Origin: Nitrospina sp.
GTDB taxonomy: Bacteria; Nitrospinota; Nitrospinia; Nitrospinales; VA-1
Reading direction: 5' to 3'
Length of the DNA stretch: 64,000 nt
Assembly: GCA_018653085.1 (NCBI GenBank)
Contig: JABIAY010000053.1
Location: forward strand, 64,561 to 128,560
How positions within the stretch are numbered: position 1 is the first letter of the stretch; each line of letters begins with the position of its first letter. This document shows, piece by piece, positions 40,027 to 48,944 of the stretch. The notes beneath the pieces are model-generated. The model was not told the origin of the DNA and searched no databases. It saw nothing but the letters and a program-made list of their open reading frames with translations. A program made the translations under genes and the position numbers.

Positions 40027-41064
40027 TTACGGGAAAACTGCCGGGGCCATGAGACCGGTTTTTTCATCCAGGCCCAGCATGATGTTCATATTCTGGACAG
40101 CCTGTCCCGAGGCACCTTTGATTAAGTTGTCCAATGCACTGGTGATGATCAGGCGTTGATTGCGTGAATCAACCTTCAGGCCGATATCGCAAAAATTGGA
40201 AGACAATACATGATGACTGCTGGCGAACTTGCCCGGATTCAACACGCGTACAAAACTTTCACCTTTATAAAAGCTGCGATAGTGTTCCACCAGTTTTTCA
40301 TCGGTGAGGGTCTGATTCAAGTTGATATAAACTGTGCTCAACATTCCCCGGGTCATGGGAATCAGGTGCGGCGAAAATGTGAGGCGCACGGATTTACCCG
40401 CCAGGCCAGAAAGTTCCTGCTCCATTTCCGGAGTGTGCCGATGATCGGCAAGACCATAAGGACTGACCCCTTCGTTGACTTCGGCGTAATGGCTGGTCAA
40501 AGAAGGTTTGCGTCCCGCGCCGGAAACACCGGACTTGCTGTCAGAAATTATGGAATCGAGATTTACCCAATCGGTATTGAGAAGCGGAGCCAGAGCCAGA
40601 ATCACGCTGGTGGGATAACAACCCGGATTGGCAACAAGCTGTGCTGGTTGAATGGCCTCTCGGTGCAATTCCGGCAAACCATATACCGCCTGCTTGAGAA
40701 GCTCCGGGTGAGTATGGGTGACCGAGTACCAGTCCGTGTAGGCTTTAGGATCTTTCAGCCGGTAGTCCGCACTCAGGTCGATGATTTTACAGTCGGACTG
40801 CAAATAACCGGGAAGTTTGGACATGGCTGTGGTGTGAGGCAGAGCCAGAAACAAAACCTCACACTCCTTGGCGATGTTGTCGTCCAGAGGCCGAAGCTCA
40901 AGGTCCACCACTCCATTCAAAGATGGAAAAACTTCCGCTATGTTTTGACCTTGAAAAGTTTCAGAAGTCAAAACCGTCAGTTCCACCTTGGGATGACTGG
41001 CAAGAAGGCGGATTAATTCCAGTCCGGTGTATCCACTGGCTCCGGCTATACCTATTTTAGTCAT
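40027..41064 (-). CDS. argC: N-acetyl-gamma-glutamyl-phosphate reductase
   Basis: 345 aa. GASGYTG N-terminus and active-site NPGCYPTS. Confidence 0.93.
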   Translation of the reverse strand: MTKIGIAGASGYTGLELIRLLASHPKVELTVLTSETFQGQNIAEVFPSLNGVVDLELRPLDDNIAKECEVLFLALPHTTAMSKLPGYLQSDCKIIDLSADYRLKDPKAYTDWYSVTHTHPELLKQAVYGLPELHREAIQPAQLVANPGCYPTSVILALAPLLNTDWVNLDSIISDSKSGVSGAGRKPSLTSHYAEVNEGVSPYGLADHRHTPEMEQELSGLAGKSVRLTFSPHLIPMTRGMLSTVYINLNQTLTDEKLVEHYRSFYKGESFVRVLNPGKFASSHHVLSSNFCDIGLKVDSRNQRLIITSALDNLIKGASGQAVQNMNIMLGLDEKTGLMAPAVFP

Positions 41065-41231
41065 AGTAAAACGCGCCTGTTTAAAGGGGGGGGTCTTCTG
41101 CCCCTTGTGCTGAATAATTTGAAAAAGATAGAGTCCCGGAAAGGGATAGGCTACGCGCTACCATACCATAATGGATGGATGAGATGCTTCAACAAGCTCT
41201 TGCCCTATTCCCGCCGGGCGTGGCCCGGAGA

Positions 41232-41630
41232 TTATCGTTTGGAGAACTGGAACTTTTTGCGTGCCCCGGGTTGACCGTATTTTTTTCTTTCTACGGTTCT
41301 TGAGTCCCGAGTGAGGAATCCAGCTTTTTTAAGGGGTGCTCGTAATTCTGAGTTGGTTAAAATAAGAGCGCGGGAAATACCCAACCGCAACGCACCGGAC
41401 TGACCGGAAAGTCCACCACCGTGAACCGTGGCATGGATGTCTACAGACGTTAGCGTTTCGGTCGTAATCAGCGGATGCTTGACGATGCACTCAAGGCTTT
41501 CCCGACAAAAATATTCTTTAAGGGATTTGTTGTTGACCGAGATTTTGCCTTCGCCCTGTTGAACCCATACCTTGGCGATAGAGTCTTTGCGTTTTCCTGT
41601 TGCGTAAAACTTTTCGATGGTGCCTTCCAT
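41232..41630 (-). CDS. rpsI: 30S ribosomal protein S9
   Basis: 132 aa ending ...GARKKFQFSKR. Confidence 0.95.
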   Translation of the reverse strand: MEGTIEKFYATGKRKDSIAKVWVQQGEGKISVNNKSLKEYFCRESLECIVKHPLITTETLTSVDIHATVHGGGLSGQSGALRLGISRALILTNSELRAPLKKAGFLTRDSRTVERKKYGQPGARKKFQFSKR

Positions 41631-41690
41631 AATGGTATAACTCCTGATACTTCTCTAGGTAATAGGTAAATTAATTTTTAACTGCACCGT

Positions 41691-42119
41691 TTAGACAGCA
41701 ACTACTTCCGGGTTCTGTCCATCATGCGGGTGCTGATCGTTATCGTAAATTCTGTAATTGTTATTCAGGGTTCTGCCCAATCTTGTCTTGGGTAGCATTC
41801 CCCGAATCGCCTTTTTCAGCAGGTCAGAAGGCCGCTTGTCGAGAATCTCCTTTGCCGTGACGGATTTGATTCCTCCCGGCCAACCGGTGTGATGGTAATA
41901 AATTTTGTCGTCCCATTTTTTACCGGTCAGTTTAACCTTTGCGGCGTTGATGATAATGACATTATCCCCGGTATCGACATGGGGGGTATAAATGGGTTTG
42001 GTTTTGCCGCGTATGATCGAGGCGGCTGTGGTGGCCACGCGCCCGAGAGGTTTATCGGTGGCATCGATCACAACCCATTTTTTAACAACATCGCTCTGCT
42101 TTGCAAAAAAGGTCTTCAT
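41691..42119 (-). CDS. rplM: 50S ribosomal protein L13
   Basis: 142 aa. KWVVIDATDKPLGR motif, upstream of rpsI as in the conserved operon. Confidence 0.95.
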   Translation of the reverse strand: MKTFFAKQSDVVKKWVVIDATDKPLGRVATTAASIIRGKTKPIYTPHVDTGDNVIIINAAKVKLTGKKWDDKIYYHHTGWPGGIKSVTAKEILDKRPSDLLKKAIRGMLPKTRLGRTLNNNYRIYDNDQHPHDGQNPEVVAV

Positions 42120-42311
42120 TTTAGTCCGGTTTTCCTGAGGATTTATTTTTGTTGTTGTAAACCGGCTATATTAAAAGAGATATCCGGTTCTGTCAACCTG
42201 AAATCGTAATTATATGAACAAATCAGCCGGAATGTTTCTTTACTTTATATTTAGGAGAAAGTAGGCTAGGCTCACCTGCTTTAAAATTTCCGGGATAAAC
42301 AAGCTAACTAT

Positions 42312-44294
42312 ATGGAAAATATGGCAAAACCACAAGATGAGATCCCAGCCCAGGAGCCCTCCCAAATCGGGATGGATGTAAGGGGAGAGGTCCTGGACCG
42401 GTCCATTGAACGCTCGCGGGAGTTTTTGCTCTCCTGTCAGGATGAAGAAGGCTATTGGGTGGACGAATTGGAGGCCAATGTCACCATTTCGGCGGAATTG
42501 ATTTTCTTCATGCATTTCACCGACCGGCTGGACCCGGTCAAACAGGACCAGATCGTAAAATATTTACTGCATCTTCAAAGGGAAGACGGCAGTTGGTCTC
42601 TTTTTTATGGCGGGTTGTGCGATATCAACTCGACGGTTGAGGCTTATATGGCCTTGAAAATGGCAGGCCTGCCTGCGGATCAGAAAGAGATGGTGCTCGC
42701 ACGCCAGGCAATTTTCGCCAATGGAGGGATAAAAAAAACCCGCGTTTTCACAAAAATGTTTCTGGCCATGTTTGGTCAGGTTTCCTGGGACGACTGCCCG
42801 GCGGTGCCTGTGGAAATTATTTTGCTGCCGAACGGGTTCCCTTTTAATATCTATGAGATTTCGAGTTGGTCGCGGGGTACGGTGGTTCCCCTTTCTATTG
42901 TGCGTTCCTTCGAGCCGGTGCACGAATTTCCAGAAGGATGGGATGTTCAGGAATTGTTCACCGAAGAGGATAGGGATCTGGATTTTAAACCCGATGGCCT
43001 GCCTTTCACCAGTTGGAGGAACACGTTTATATACCTTGATCGCTTTATCAAGACGATTGGCAAGTTTCCCTGGAAACCTCTGCGCAAAAAAGCACTGCGC
43101 AAAGTGGAGCAATGGACTCTGGAACATCAGGAAGACGAGGGCGACTTCGGCGGCATTCAACCGGCAATGTTCAATGCTCTTTTAGCCTTCCATCTTTTGG
43201 GTTATCCCAAGGACCATCCCGCATGTGTGAAAGGAATGGAAGCGATAGACCGTTTCCTGTTGGAAAAAGACGGACGGCTCTGGATGCAGGCCTGCGTTTC
43301 CCCCTTATGGGACACGGCAATCGCCGCCAACGCTTTGTTGGACTCGGGGTTACCTTCGGACCACCCAGCTCTTGTAAAAGCCGGAGAGTGGATCATCGCT
43401 AAGCAGGTGGTCAAGCGCGGAGACTGGCAGGTGAAGAATCCGACAGCGGAGCCGGGAGGCTGGGCATTTGAGTTTTATAACGAGTTGTACCCGGATACCG
43501 ATGATACAGCAGAGATACTGATTTTCCTCGACCGCATTGAGATTGCCGACAACCGTTGGAAATTAAGCGAATGCCAGCGGGCGATGAACTGGCTGTTAAG
43601 CATGCAAAGTAAAAGCGGAGGTTGGGGAGCCTTTGATGTAGATAACGATAAGGAAGTTCTCAACGAGATTCCTTTCGCCGACCATAAGGCGTTGCTGGAT
43701 CCGCCAACGGTGGATGTGACCGGTCGCATTCTATGGATGTTGTCGAAATGGGGATTTAAAAAATCCCACCCTCAGGTTCAACGGGCCATCCAGTTTATTA
43801 AGGAACGCCAGGAAATTGATGGATGCTGGTTTGGTCGATGGGGAGTGAATTATATCTATGGCACGTTCCTGGTCTTGAATGGTTTGTCTGCTATCGGGGA
43901 GGATATGAATGCGCCGTTCAGCCGCAAAGCAGTCCGCTGGCTGGAAAGTCACCAGAATGAAGACGGGGGCTGGGGTGAAACCTGCCAAAGCTATCAGGAA
44001 CCCAGCTTGCGTGGTCGTGGTAAAAGCACCGCCTCACAAACTGCCTGGGCATTGCTGGGACTCATCGCCGCCGGTGAGGCAAAAAATCCTGTTGTCGAGC
44101 ACGGTGTGCGCTATTTGATCGAAACACAAAATGATTCGGGAGATTTTTCAGGAAGCTGGTGGGAAGATGAATTTACCGGAACCGGTTTTCCCATCCATTT
44201 TTTCATCAAATACCATATGTACCAGCACTTCTTCCCACTGATGGCCCTATCCCGCTACCGGCGCCAGCGTGACGCTGGACTCAACGAGCAATAG
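42312..44294 (+). CDS. shc: Squalene-hopene cyclase
   Basis: 660 aa. Catalytic DxDDTA (PDTDDTAEIL) and repeated QW motifs (QxxDGGWG, QNEDGGWGE). The last 9 codons and the stop are repeat sequence. Confidence 0.93.
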   Translation: MENMAKPQDEIPAQEPSQIGMDVRGEVLDRSIERSREFLLSCQDEEGYWVDELEANVTISAELIFFMHFTDRLDPVKQDQIVKYLLHLQREDGSWSLFYGGLCDINSTVEAYMALKMAGLPADQKEMVLARQAIFANGGIKKTRVFTKMFLAMFGQVSWDDCPAVPVEIILLPNGFPFNIYEISSWSRGTVVPLSIVRSFEPVHEFPEGWDVQELFTEEDRDLDFKPDGLPFTSWRNTFIYLDRFIKTIGKFPWKPLRKKALRKVEQWTLEHQEDEGDFGGIQPAMFNALLAFHLLGYPKDHPACVKGMEAIDRFLLEKDGRLWMQACVSPLWDTAIAANALLDSGLPSDHPALVKAGEWIIAKQVVKRGDWQVKNPTAEPGGWAFEFYNELYPDTDDTAEILIFLDRIEIADNRWKLSECQRAMNWLLSMQSKSGGWGAFDVDNDKEVLNEIPFADHKALLDPPTVDVTGRILWMLSKWGFKKSHPQVQRAIQFIKERQEIDGCWFGRWGVNYIYGTFLVLNGLSAIGEDMNAPFSRKAVRWLESHQNEDGGWGETCQSYQEPSLRGRGKSTASQTAWALLGLIAAGEAKNPVVEHGVRYLIETQNDSGDFSGSWWEDEFTGTGFPIHFFIKYHMYQHFFPLMALSRYRRQRDAGLNEQ

Positions 44295-44375
44295 CTTCTC
44301 TGGCTAGCAAACGATTACTCGGCTTAAAATGGGCTTGCTAAATTCCCCCCTGATAAGGGGGGCTAGGGGGGTTGC
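44258..44375 (+). repeat. Repeat locus R6 (A unit overlapping the shc 3' end, plus a family-2 hairpin)
   Basis: CCAGCGTGACGCTGG (44264-44278) ACTCAACGAGCAATAGCTTCTCTGGCTAGCAAACGATTACTCGGCTTAAAA, then ATTCCCCCCTGATAAGGGGGGCTAGGGGGGTTGC (44342-44375). Confidence 0.9.
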
Positions 44376-44409
44376 TTGTATGTGAACTCATCGAAGCATC
44401 TCGCCGAGC

Positions 44410-44982
44410 CTAATGCTGTCGAAGCATTTCTACTGCGAATTTGGTTCGGGTCAAATGTTCTGTGGCGGATGCGATCACTTCGCCGCTCATGACATCGGTC
44501 ATGGTGAGGTGAACATCAATATTAGTCCCAAGATCGGTGATACGACCTGTGATGATGGCCTGGGAGTTGAGTGCCTTGCCCATTAACCGGATCTCTTCCC
44601 TGTTGTATAGGTAAGAGGGTTTCAGGTTTAACTGCTCCAATACTGCGTTGACTTCTCCTTTTTGTGCTATCCGAAACGTCTTGTCCTGGAAAAAAAACTT
44701 TTTCGTAATCGCTTCCACGACTCTGGACGCAAAATACTCCCCAAGAATGGGAGCCCTGTTTTCTTCATCGACCAGGTCCATGACTGTGACCTTATTGATT
44801 TCATATTCTTCAACGTCTGCAGTCAGTTTTTGCACTAGCTCGGTAGATTTATCTTTGTAGTAACTGGAGTCCGTCTGAGTTCGGAACAATTTGCTCCAGA
44901 AGTTTGAAGGACCCAACTTCACTTCACAGCCGGAAACAAAGAGGGAAATCATGAGCAAATAAAGGAGTTTTCGCGTGTCCAT
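44410..44982 (-). CDS. Hypothetical lipoprotein
   Basis: 190 aa. Lipobox LFVSGC after a basic/hydrophobic N-terminus. The body pattern loosely recalls small periplasmic lipoproteins of the FlgO/CsgG/LpoB kind, but no motif is diagnostic. A perfect sigma-54 promoter lies upstream. Confidence 0.6.
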   Translation of the reverse strand: MDTRKLLYLLMISLFVSGCEVKLGPSNFWSKLFRTQTDSSYYKDKSTELVQKLTADVEEYEINKVTVMDLVDEENRAPILGEYFASRVVEAITKKFFFQDKTFRIAQKGEVNAVLEQLNLKPSYLYNREEIRLMGKALNSQAIITGRITDLGTNIDVHLTMTDVMSGEVIASATEHLTRTKFAVEMLRQH

Positions 44983-45046
44983 AGTTTATAAACCTTTGAT
45001 TTATTATCGTATTGTCGTCAGAAACCTGATCTCGCTTAAAGAGTAA

Positions 45047-45062
45047 TGCAAACTGGGTGCCA
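45047..45062 (-). promoter_or_regulatory. Sigma-54 promoter (consensus match) for the lipoprotein gene 44410-44982
   Basis: The minus strand reads TGGCACCCAGTTTGCA, i.e. TGGCAC-N5-TTGCA, which is exactly the -24/-12 consensus. The -12 element lies about 65 nt upstream of the ATG at 44982. Confidence 0.65.
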
Positions 45063-45218
45063 GACGCTAAAAATTTTGGCAGAGCCTGAGTCGGGTGGAA
45101 TAAACCCTTTAAATTAAACGGGTTATGTGTTGGAGGGGGAAGGCGGTGGGCTTCCTGACTGAGTCAATAAAAACGCCAACCTGGGGATATTTTGCCGATA
45201 TCCCCCCATTTTTTGACA

Positions 45219-45440
45219 CCCCCCCCACTCGGCGTGGGGCCAGCGTGTAATAACTTTTGCTGGCTAGCTACCGTTTCTCTCGGCTTAACGAGTGTTTGCT
45301 CACTGCCACCGGCGGCTCGCCGGCGCCGAGTGGCCCATTTCCGTGGGAGGGAACTGGGCAAGAGCTTGATTGTGCCGAGTTAACCTATTGTTCGCCGAAC
45401 CAAGCGACGGCACACTGGCCCCACGCCGAGTGGGGGGGGG
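45219..45440. mobile_element. Inverted-head repeat element (MITE/REPIN-like, 222 bp)
   Basis: Left end CCCCCCCCACTCGGCGTGGGGCCAGCGTG. The reverse complement of the right end is CCCCCCCCCACTCGGCGTGGGGCCAGTGTG (about 29 nt, one mismatch plus a C-run length difference). The interior is an A unit plus, inverted, a ~135-bp composite also present at 48945-49085. Confidence 0.7.
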
Positions 45441-45509
45441 TATTTTTCGGCAGGCGGGGGGAATTTGGTGTATAAACATAACTTCATTTAAAAATCCGTA
45501 AAGTTCGAG

Positions 45510-46367
45510 GTGACAGTTTTGAAGGCAATACAATGTTTGGGATGGATGGTTTTTTTGTTGGTCGGGCCTCTGGTTTCAGGTTGTAACGGCGGTGATGGGG
45601 AAGATGTTGTCGAAAAGTCTTCCTTCCAGATGCCGGTAAAAGAAAATACCTGGGTGCGTAAGGAAACTGTGCGTAAAACCAAAGATGACTTCTTTGCCTC
45701 TGCCGGTAAAAAGAGCGTTGAAGTTCCCATCGACTCTGCTCTGGCGGAAAAATTGAAAAAGGCCTCTTCCCTTTCCATCAACACGCAACAAGAATGCTTG
45801 CAACAGGCCACCGCCCTCGATAAAAAACGGACTGAAGTGCAGAAGCGTGGAGGACTCTGGCATGCCTATGAGCGGGTGCCGACAGCCAAACCTTATTCGG
45901 ACTATGGTATGCAACTCGACAGCCAGACCAACCGACTGGTGTTTTCCCTCAAGTATCTTTGCCAGAATGCCCAGGGACTCCAGTTAACCGGGTGGGGTGC
46001 GGAGATGGCGCGAATGCGTAAAAATATGGGTAAAGAAAATTTCAGAACTCATTTTCTGGATTTAGGTGAGGTACCGGCTGATGTGGATAACTGGGTGCGT
46101 TTCGCCGAATTTGCTATTCAAGGTGAGAACCGCAAAATCCCTTATTCCAAAATCAGTGAGTCCCTTGGCAAAGCCCAATCTCTTATGGGTCTTTATGATG
46201 ACCTGTCGCAAAGAAAAGTAGATGATGCTACTTTGCAAACTTTCCTCGCAGAAGGGGCCACACTCCTGAGTGTTATCAACGAGAGTTTTAAGTCCGACCC
46301 GCAACTGATCCTCGCCCTGCAAGATGAAAATATACTTCCCTTTGAGGACATCAAAGGCGAAATGTAG
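45510..46367 (+). CDS. Hypothetical lipoprotein
   Basis: 285 aa. Lipobox LVSGC, no recognisable domain. GTG start at 45510 is uncertain. The TAG stop is the TAG of a truncated repeat head. Confidence 0.55.
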   Translation: MTVLKAIQCLGWMVFLLVGPLVSGCNGGDGEDVVEKSSFQMPVKENTWVRKETVRKTKDDFFASAGKKSVEVPIDSALAEKLKKASSLSINTQQECLQQATALDKKRTEVQKRGGLWHAYERVPTAKPYSDYGMQLDSQTNRLVFSLKYLCQNAQGLQLTGWGAEMARMRKNMGKENFRTHFLDLGEVPADVDNWVRFAEFAIQGENRKIPYSKISESLGKAQSLMGLYDDLSQRKVDDATLQTFLAEGATLLSVINESFKSDPQLILALQDENILPFEDIKGEM

Positions 46368-46748
46368 CGGCCAGTGTGCAATGACGTTGATAGGCTGACA
46401 ATAAGTTATCTCGGCTCAATTGAGCCCTCAAGCGCAACCGCCGAAAAGTAAAATATTCCCCCCTGATAAGGGGGGCTAGGGGGTAGTTTTGCTCCCTCTT
46501 GATCTTCCCCTTGTGGTAAATCACCCCAGCCCTCTTTGAGAAAGAGGGGGTTTTAAACCCCCTAGATCCTTAGCCCTCTTTGAGAAAGAGGGGGTTTTAA
46601 ACCCCCTAGATCCTTCGGCAGGCTCAGGATGACAGCTAAAGCAACCCCCTCAATCCCCCTTATAAGTGGGAAGCTCAATCGTTATAGTATTGCGCTTGAT
46701 GGTACTGCTTGCTTGACGGGCAATGCAGTACTGGCCCTACGCCTAGTA
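46365..46748. repeat. Composite repeat element R8 (heads facing out; families 2 and 3 inside)
   Basis: TAGCGGCCAGTGTGCAATGAC..CTCGGCTC..TCAAGCGCAA, then family 2 (46455-46484), family 3 with a tandem duplication, inverted family 2 (46641-46670), and an inverted B unit ending ..GGCCCTACGCCTAGTAG (46748). The block order matches 53085-53520. Confidence 0.85.
46528..46615 (+). repeat. Perfect tandem duplication, 2 x 44 bp
   Basis: AGCCCTCTTTGAGAAAGAGGGGGTTTTAAACCCCCTAGATCCTT at 46528-46571, repeated exactly at 46572-46615. Each copy holds two hairpins (CCCTCTTT/AAAGAGGG and GGGGG/CCCCC). Confidence 0.95.
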
Positions 46749-46891
46749 GAAAAGACGATCATCCCTCAGTGAGTTAAAAATTGTTGGAGAAGAACCAATT
46801 TTTAACTCATGTATCTGAAGAAGATCGTCTTTTTGTTTTTTTATATTATTTGATGAAACCCCCGGAGCAAAGCTCCGAGGAGTTCATTCGA

Positions 46892-48226
46892 TTAAATAAT
46901 ATAACCGCGCTCACCATGCTCCGCGAGATCCAGGCCTTCGGCTTCCGCGTCTTCTTCAACGCGCAGACCCATAATCCCATCGAGTACTTTCAGGATGATG
47001 AAGCTGACAACGCCGGTATAGATCATGGTTGCGCCGACGCCGGTAAACTGTACTGCTACCTGACCGCCGATGCTGGTGATGTCGCCGCCGAAACCAGCGC
47101 CGCCCAGACTTTCGGCGCAGAACACACCGGTTAAGATTGCGCCGATGATACCGCCCACGGCGTGGATGCCGAATACATCGAGAGAATCGTCATAGCCCAA
47201 GGCGCGTTTGATTACTGTGGATGCGAAGAAACAGCCGAAGCCGGACGCAAACCCAATCGCCATGGCACCCATGGGGCCAACAGCACCTGATGCCGGGGTG
47301 ATGGCTACCAAACCTGCCACTGCACCGGAAGCAATTCCCAATACGCTGGGCTTGCCGTGTTTTACCCATTCGATGGACATCCAGGCCAAAGCCGCCGCCG
47401 CAGTGGCAATCTGAGTTACAGCCATAGCCATTCCGGCAACTCCATCTGCCGCCAGTTCACTACCGGCGTTGAATCCGAACCAGCCAACCCAGAGCATGGA
47501 AGCACCCATCAGGGTGTAACCAAGGTTATGCGGTGGCATAGCTGTAGTCGGGTATCCTTTGCGTTTGCCAAGGCAGATTGCCGCTACCAGACCCGCCATG
47601 CCGGCGTTGATGTGAACAACTGTGCCGCCGGCGAAATCCAGTATTCCTTTGCTACCGAGCCAGCCGCCGCCGCCCCAAACCCAATGACAGACCGGGGCAT
47701 ACACGATCGTTACCCAGATTGTCATGAAGACCATCATGGTTGAAAATTTCATGCGCTCAGCAAAAGCTCCGACCATCAGGGCCGGGGTGATGATGGCAAA
47801 TGTCATCTGGAATGTCATGAATACGGTTTCCGGGATGGTGCCGCTCAGTGTGTCAACGCCTACTCCCGCGAGAAACATCTTACTCAATCCTCCCCAGTAT
47901 GGACCATCGCCGCCGAACGCGATGCTATAGCCGTAGACGGTCCACAGTATGGTCATGAGTGATGTGATGGCGAAACACTGCATGAGCACCGACAAGACAT
48001 TTTTACTTCGCACCATACCGGCGTAGAACAATGCCAGACCGGGGATGGTCATGAACAGCACCAAAGCGGTGGCCGTCAGCATCCAGGCAGTATCTCCCGA
48101 ACTCAGAGTGGGTGCCTCTTCGGCCATAGCCAGAGACGGTAACAGGGTAAACAGCAAAAACAGGAGGGCTATCATTGCCCAGGACTTCTTTGATGTAGGC
48201 CAGTGGCCTGGAATCTTGATCTTCAT
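46892..48226 (-). CDS. amt: Ammonium transporter Amt
   Basis: About 444 aa from MKIKIPGHW (ATG 48226, GGAG upstream). Signal peptide ending SLAMAEEA, 11 TM pattern, conserved FAGGTVVHINAG and GVHAVGG-type motifs. Downstream of glnK. Confidence 0.92.
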   Translation of the reverse strand: MKIKIPGHWPTSKKSWAMIALLFLLFTLLPSLAMAEEAPTLSSGDTAWMLTATALVLFMTIPGLALFYAGMVRSKNVLSVLMQCFAITSLMTILWTVYGYSIAFGGDGPYWGGLSKMFLAGVGVDTLSGTIPETVFMTFQMTFAIITPALMVGAFAERMKFSTMMVFMTIWVTIVYAPVCHWVWGGGGWLGSKGILDFAGGTVVHINAGMAGLVAAICLGKRKGYPTTAMPPHNLGYTLMGASMLWVGWFGFNAGSELAADGVAGMAMAVTQIATAAAALAWMSIEWVKHGKPSVLGIASGAVAGLVAITPASGAVGPMGAMAIGFASGFGCFFASTVIKRALGYDDSLDVFGIHAVGGIIGAILTGVFCAESLGGAGFGGDITSIGGQVAVQFTGVGATMIYTGVVSFIILKVLDGIMGLRVEEDAEAEGLDLAEHGERGYII

Positions 48227-48337
48227 GAAACTCAACTCCCGATAAAGGTTGAACAGCGAAATCATGCTGGAATATGTTTTTAATAAACACCCAGGTTTTT
48301 GATGGGACTGATGGGTCCCGTTGTCTCGGGCCAGTGA

Positions 48338-48745
<408 letters not shown>

Positions 48746-48770
48746 TTACCCTCCAACAACCTTATCTATT

Positions 48771-48785
48771 TCAACAATTGTGCCA
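48771..48785 (-). promoter_or_regulatory. Candidate sigma-54 promoter upstream of glnK-amt
   Basis: The minus strand reads TGGCACAATTGTTGA, about 95 nt upstream of the glnK ATG. Same TGGCAY-N5-TTGA form as at glnB and nirB. Confidence 0.45.
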
Positions 48786-48904
48786 ACTTGAAGCCTTTCG
48801 GCTGGCATTCAGATTATCTGTTTATTTTCAAATACTTGGAGGAGGGATGCTAAATTTTGTCCAACTGAAAAACCTTGTTGAGCAAGATTTCTGCCTAAAT
48901 TTTG

Positions 48905-48921
48905 AGCACCAAAACGGTGGG
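48905..48921. promoter_or_regulatory. NtrC-type enhancer-like palindrome upstream of the glnK promoter
   Basis: GCACCAAAACGGTGG (48906-48920) resembles the GCACC-N5-GGTGC core of enterobacterial NtrC sites. It lies about 125 nt upstream of the -24 element. Confidence 0.3.
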
Positions 48922-48944
48922 TATGCTTTGCCACGAAGCACCGG

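Noticed and set aside
41214-41228. The hairpin CCGGGC gtg GCCCGG downstream of rpsI as an intrinsic terminator.
   Set aside because: It is not followed by a U-run on the transcribed (minus) strand. It is more likely a degenerate copy of the repeat hairpin module, so it is left unannotated as a terminator.
45164-45533. Short ORFs in the track that lie inside repeat loci (45164-45533, 48778-49095, 49107-49518, 52968-53309, 53516-53956, 59347-59709, 61004-61585, 63323-63869).
   Set aside because: They read through palindromic repeat modules on both strands (peptides such as PLGVGPA / HWPHAEW are mirror products of the same head sequence). They lack ribosome-binding sites and overlap real genes or each other.
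46781-47134. A 117-aa ORF on the plus strand overlapping the 3' part of amt.
   Set aside because: It is antisense to a well-supported ammonium transporter gene, has no motifs, and begins in the AT-rich spacer without an RBS.
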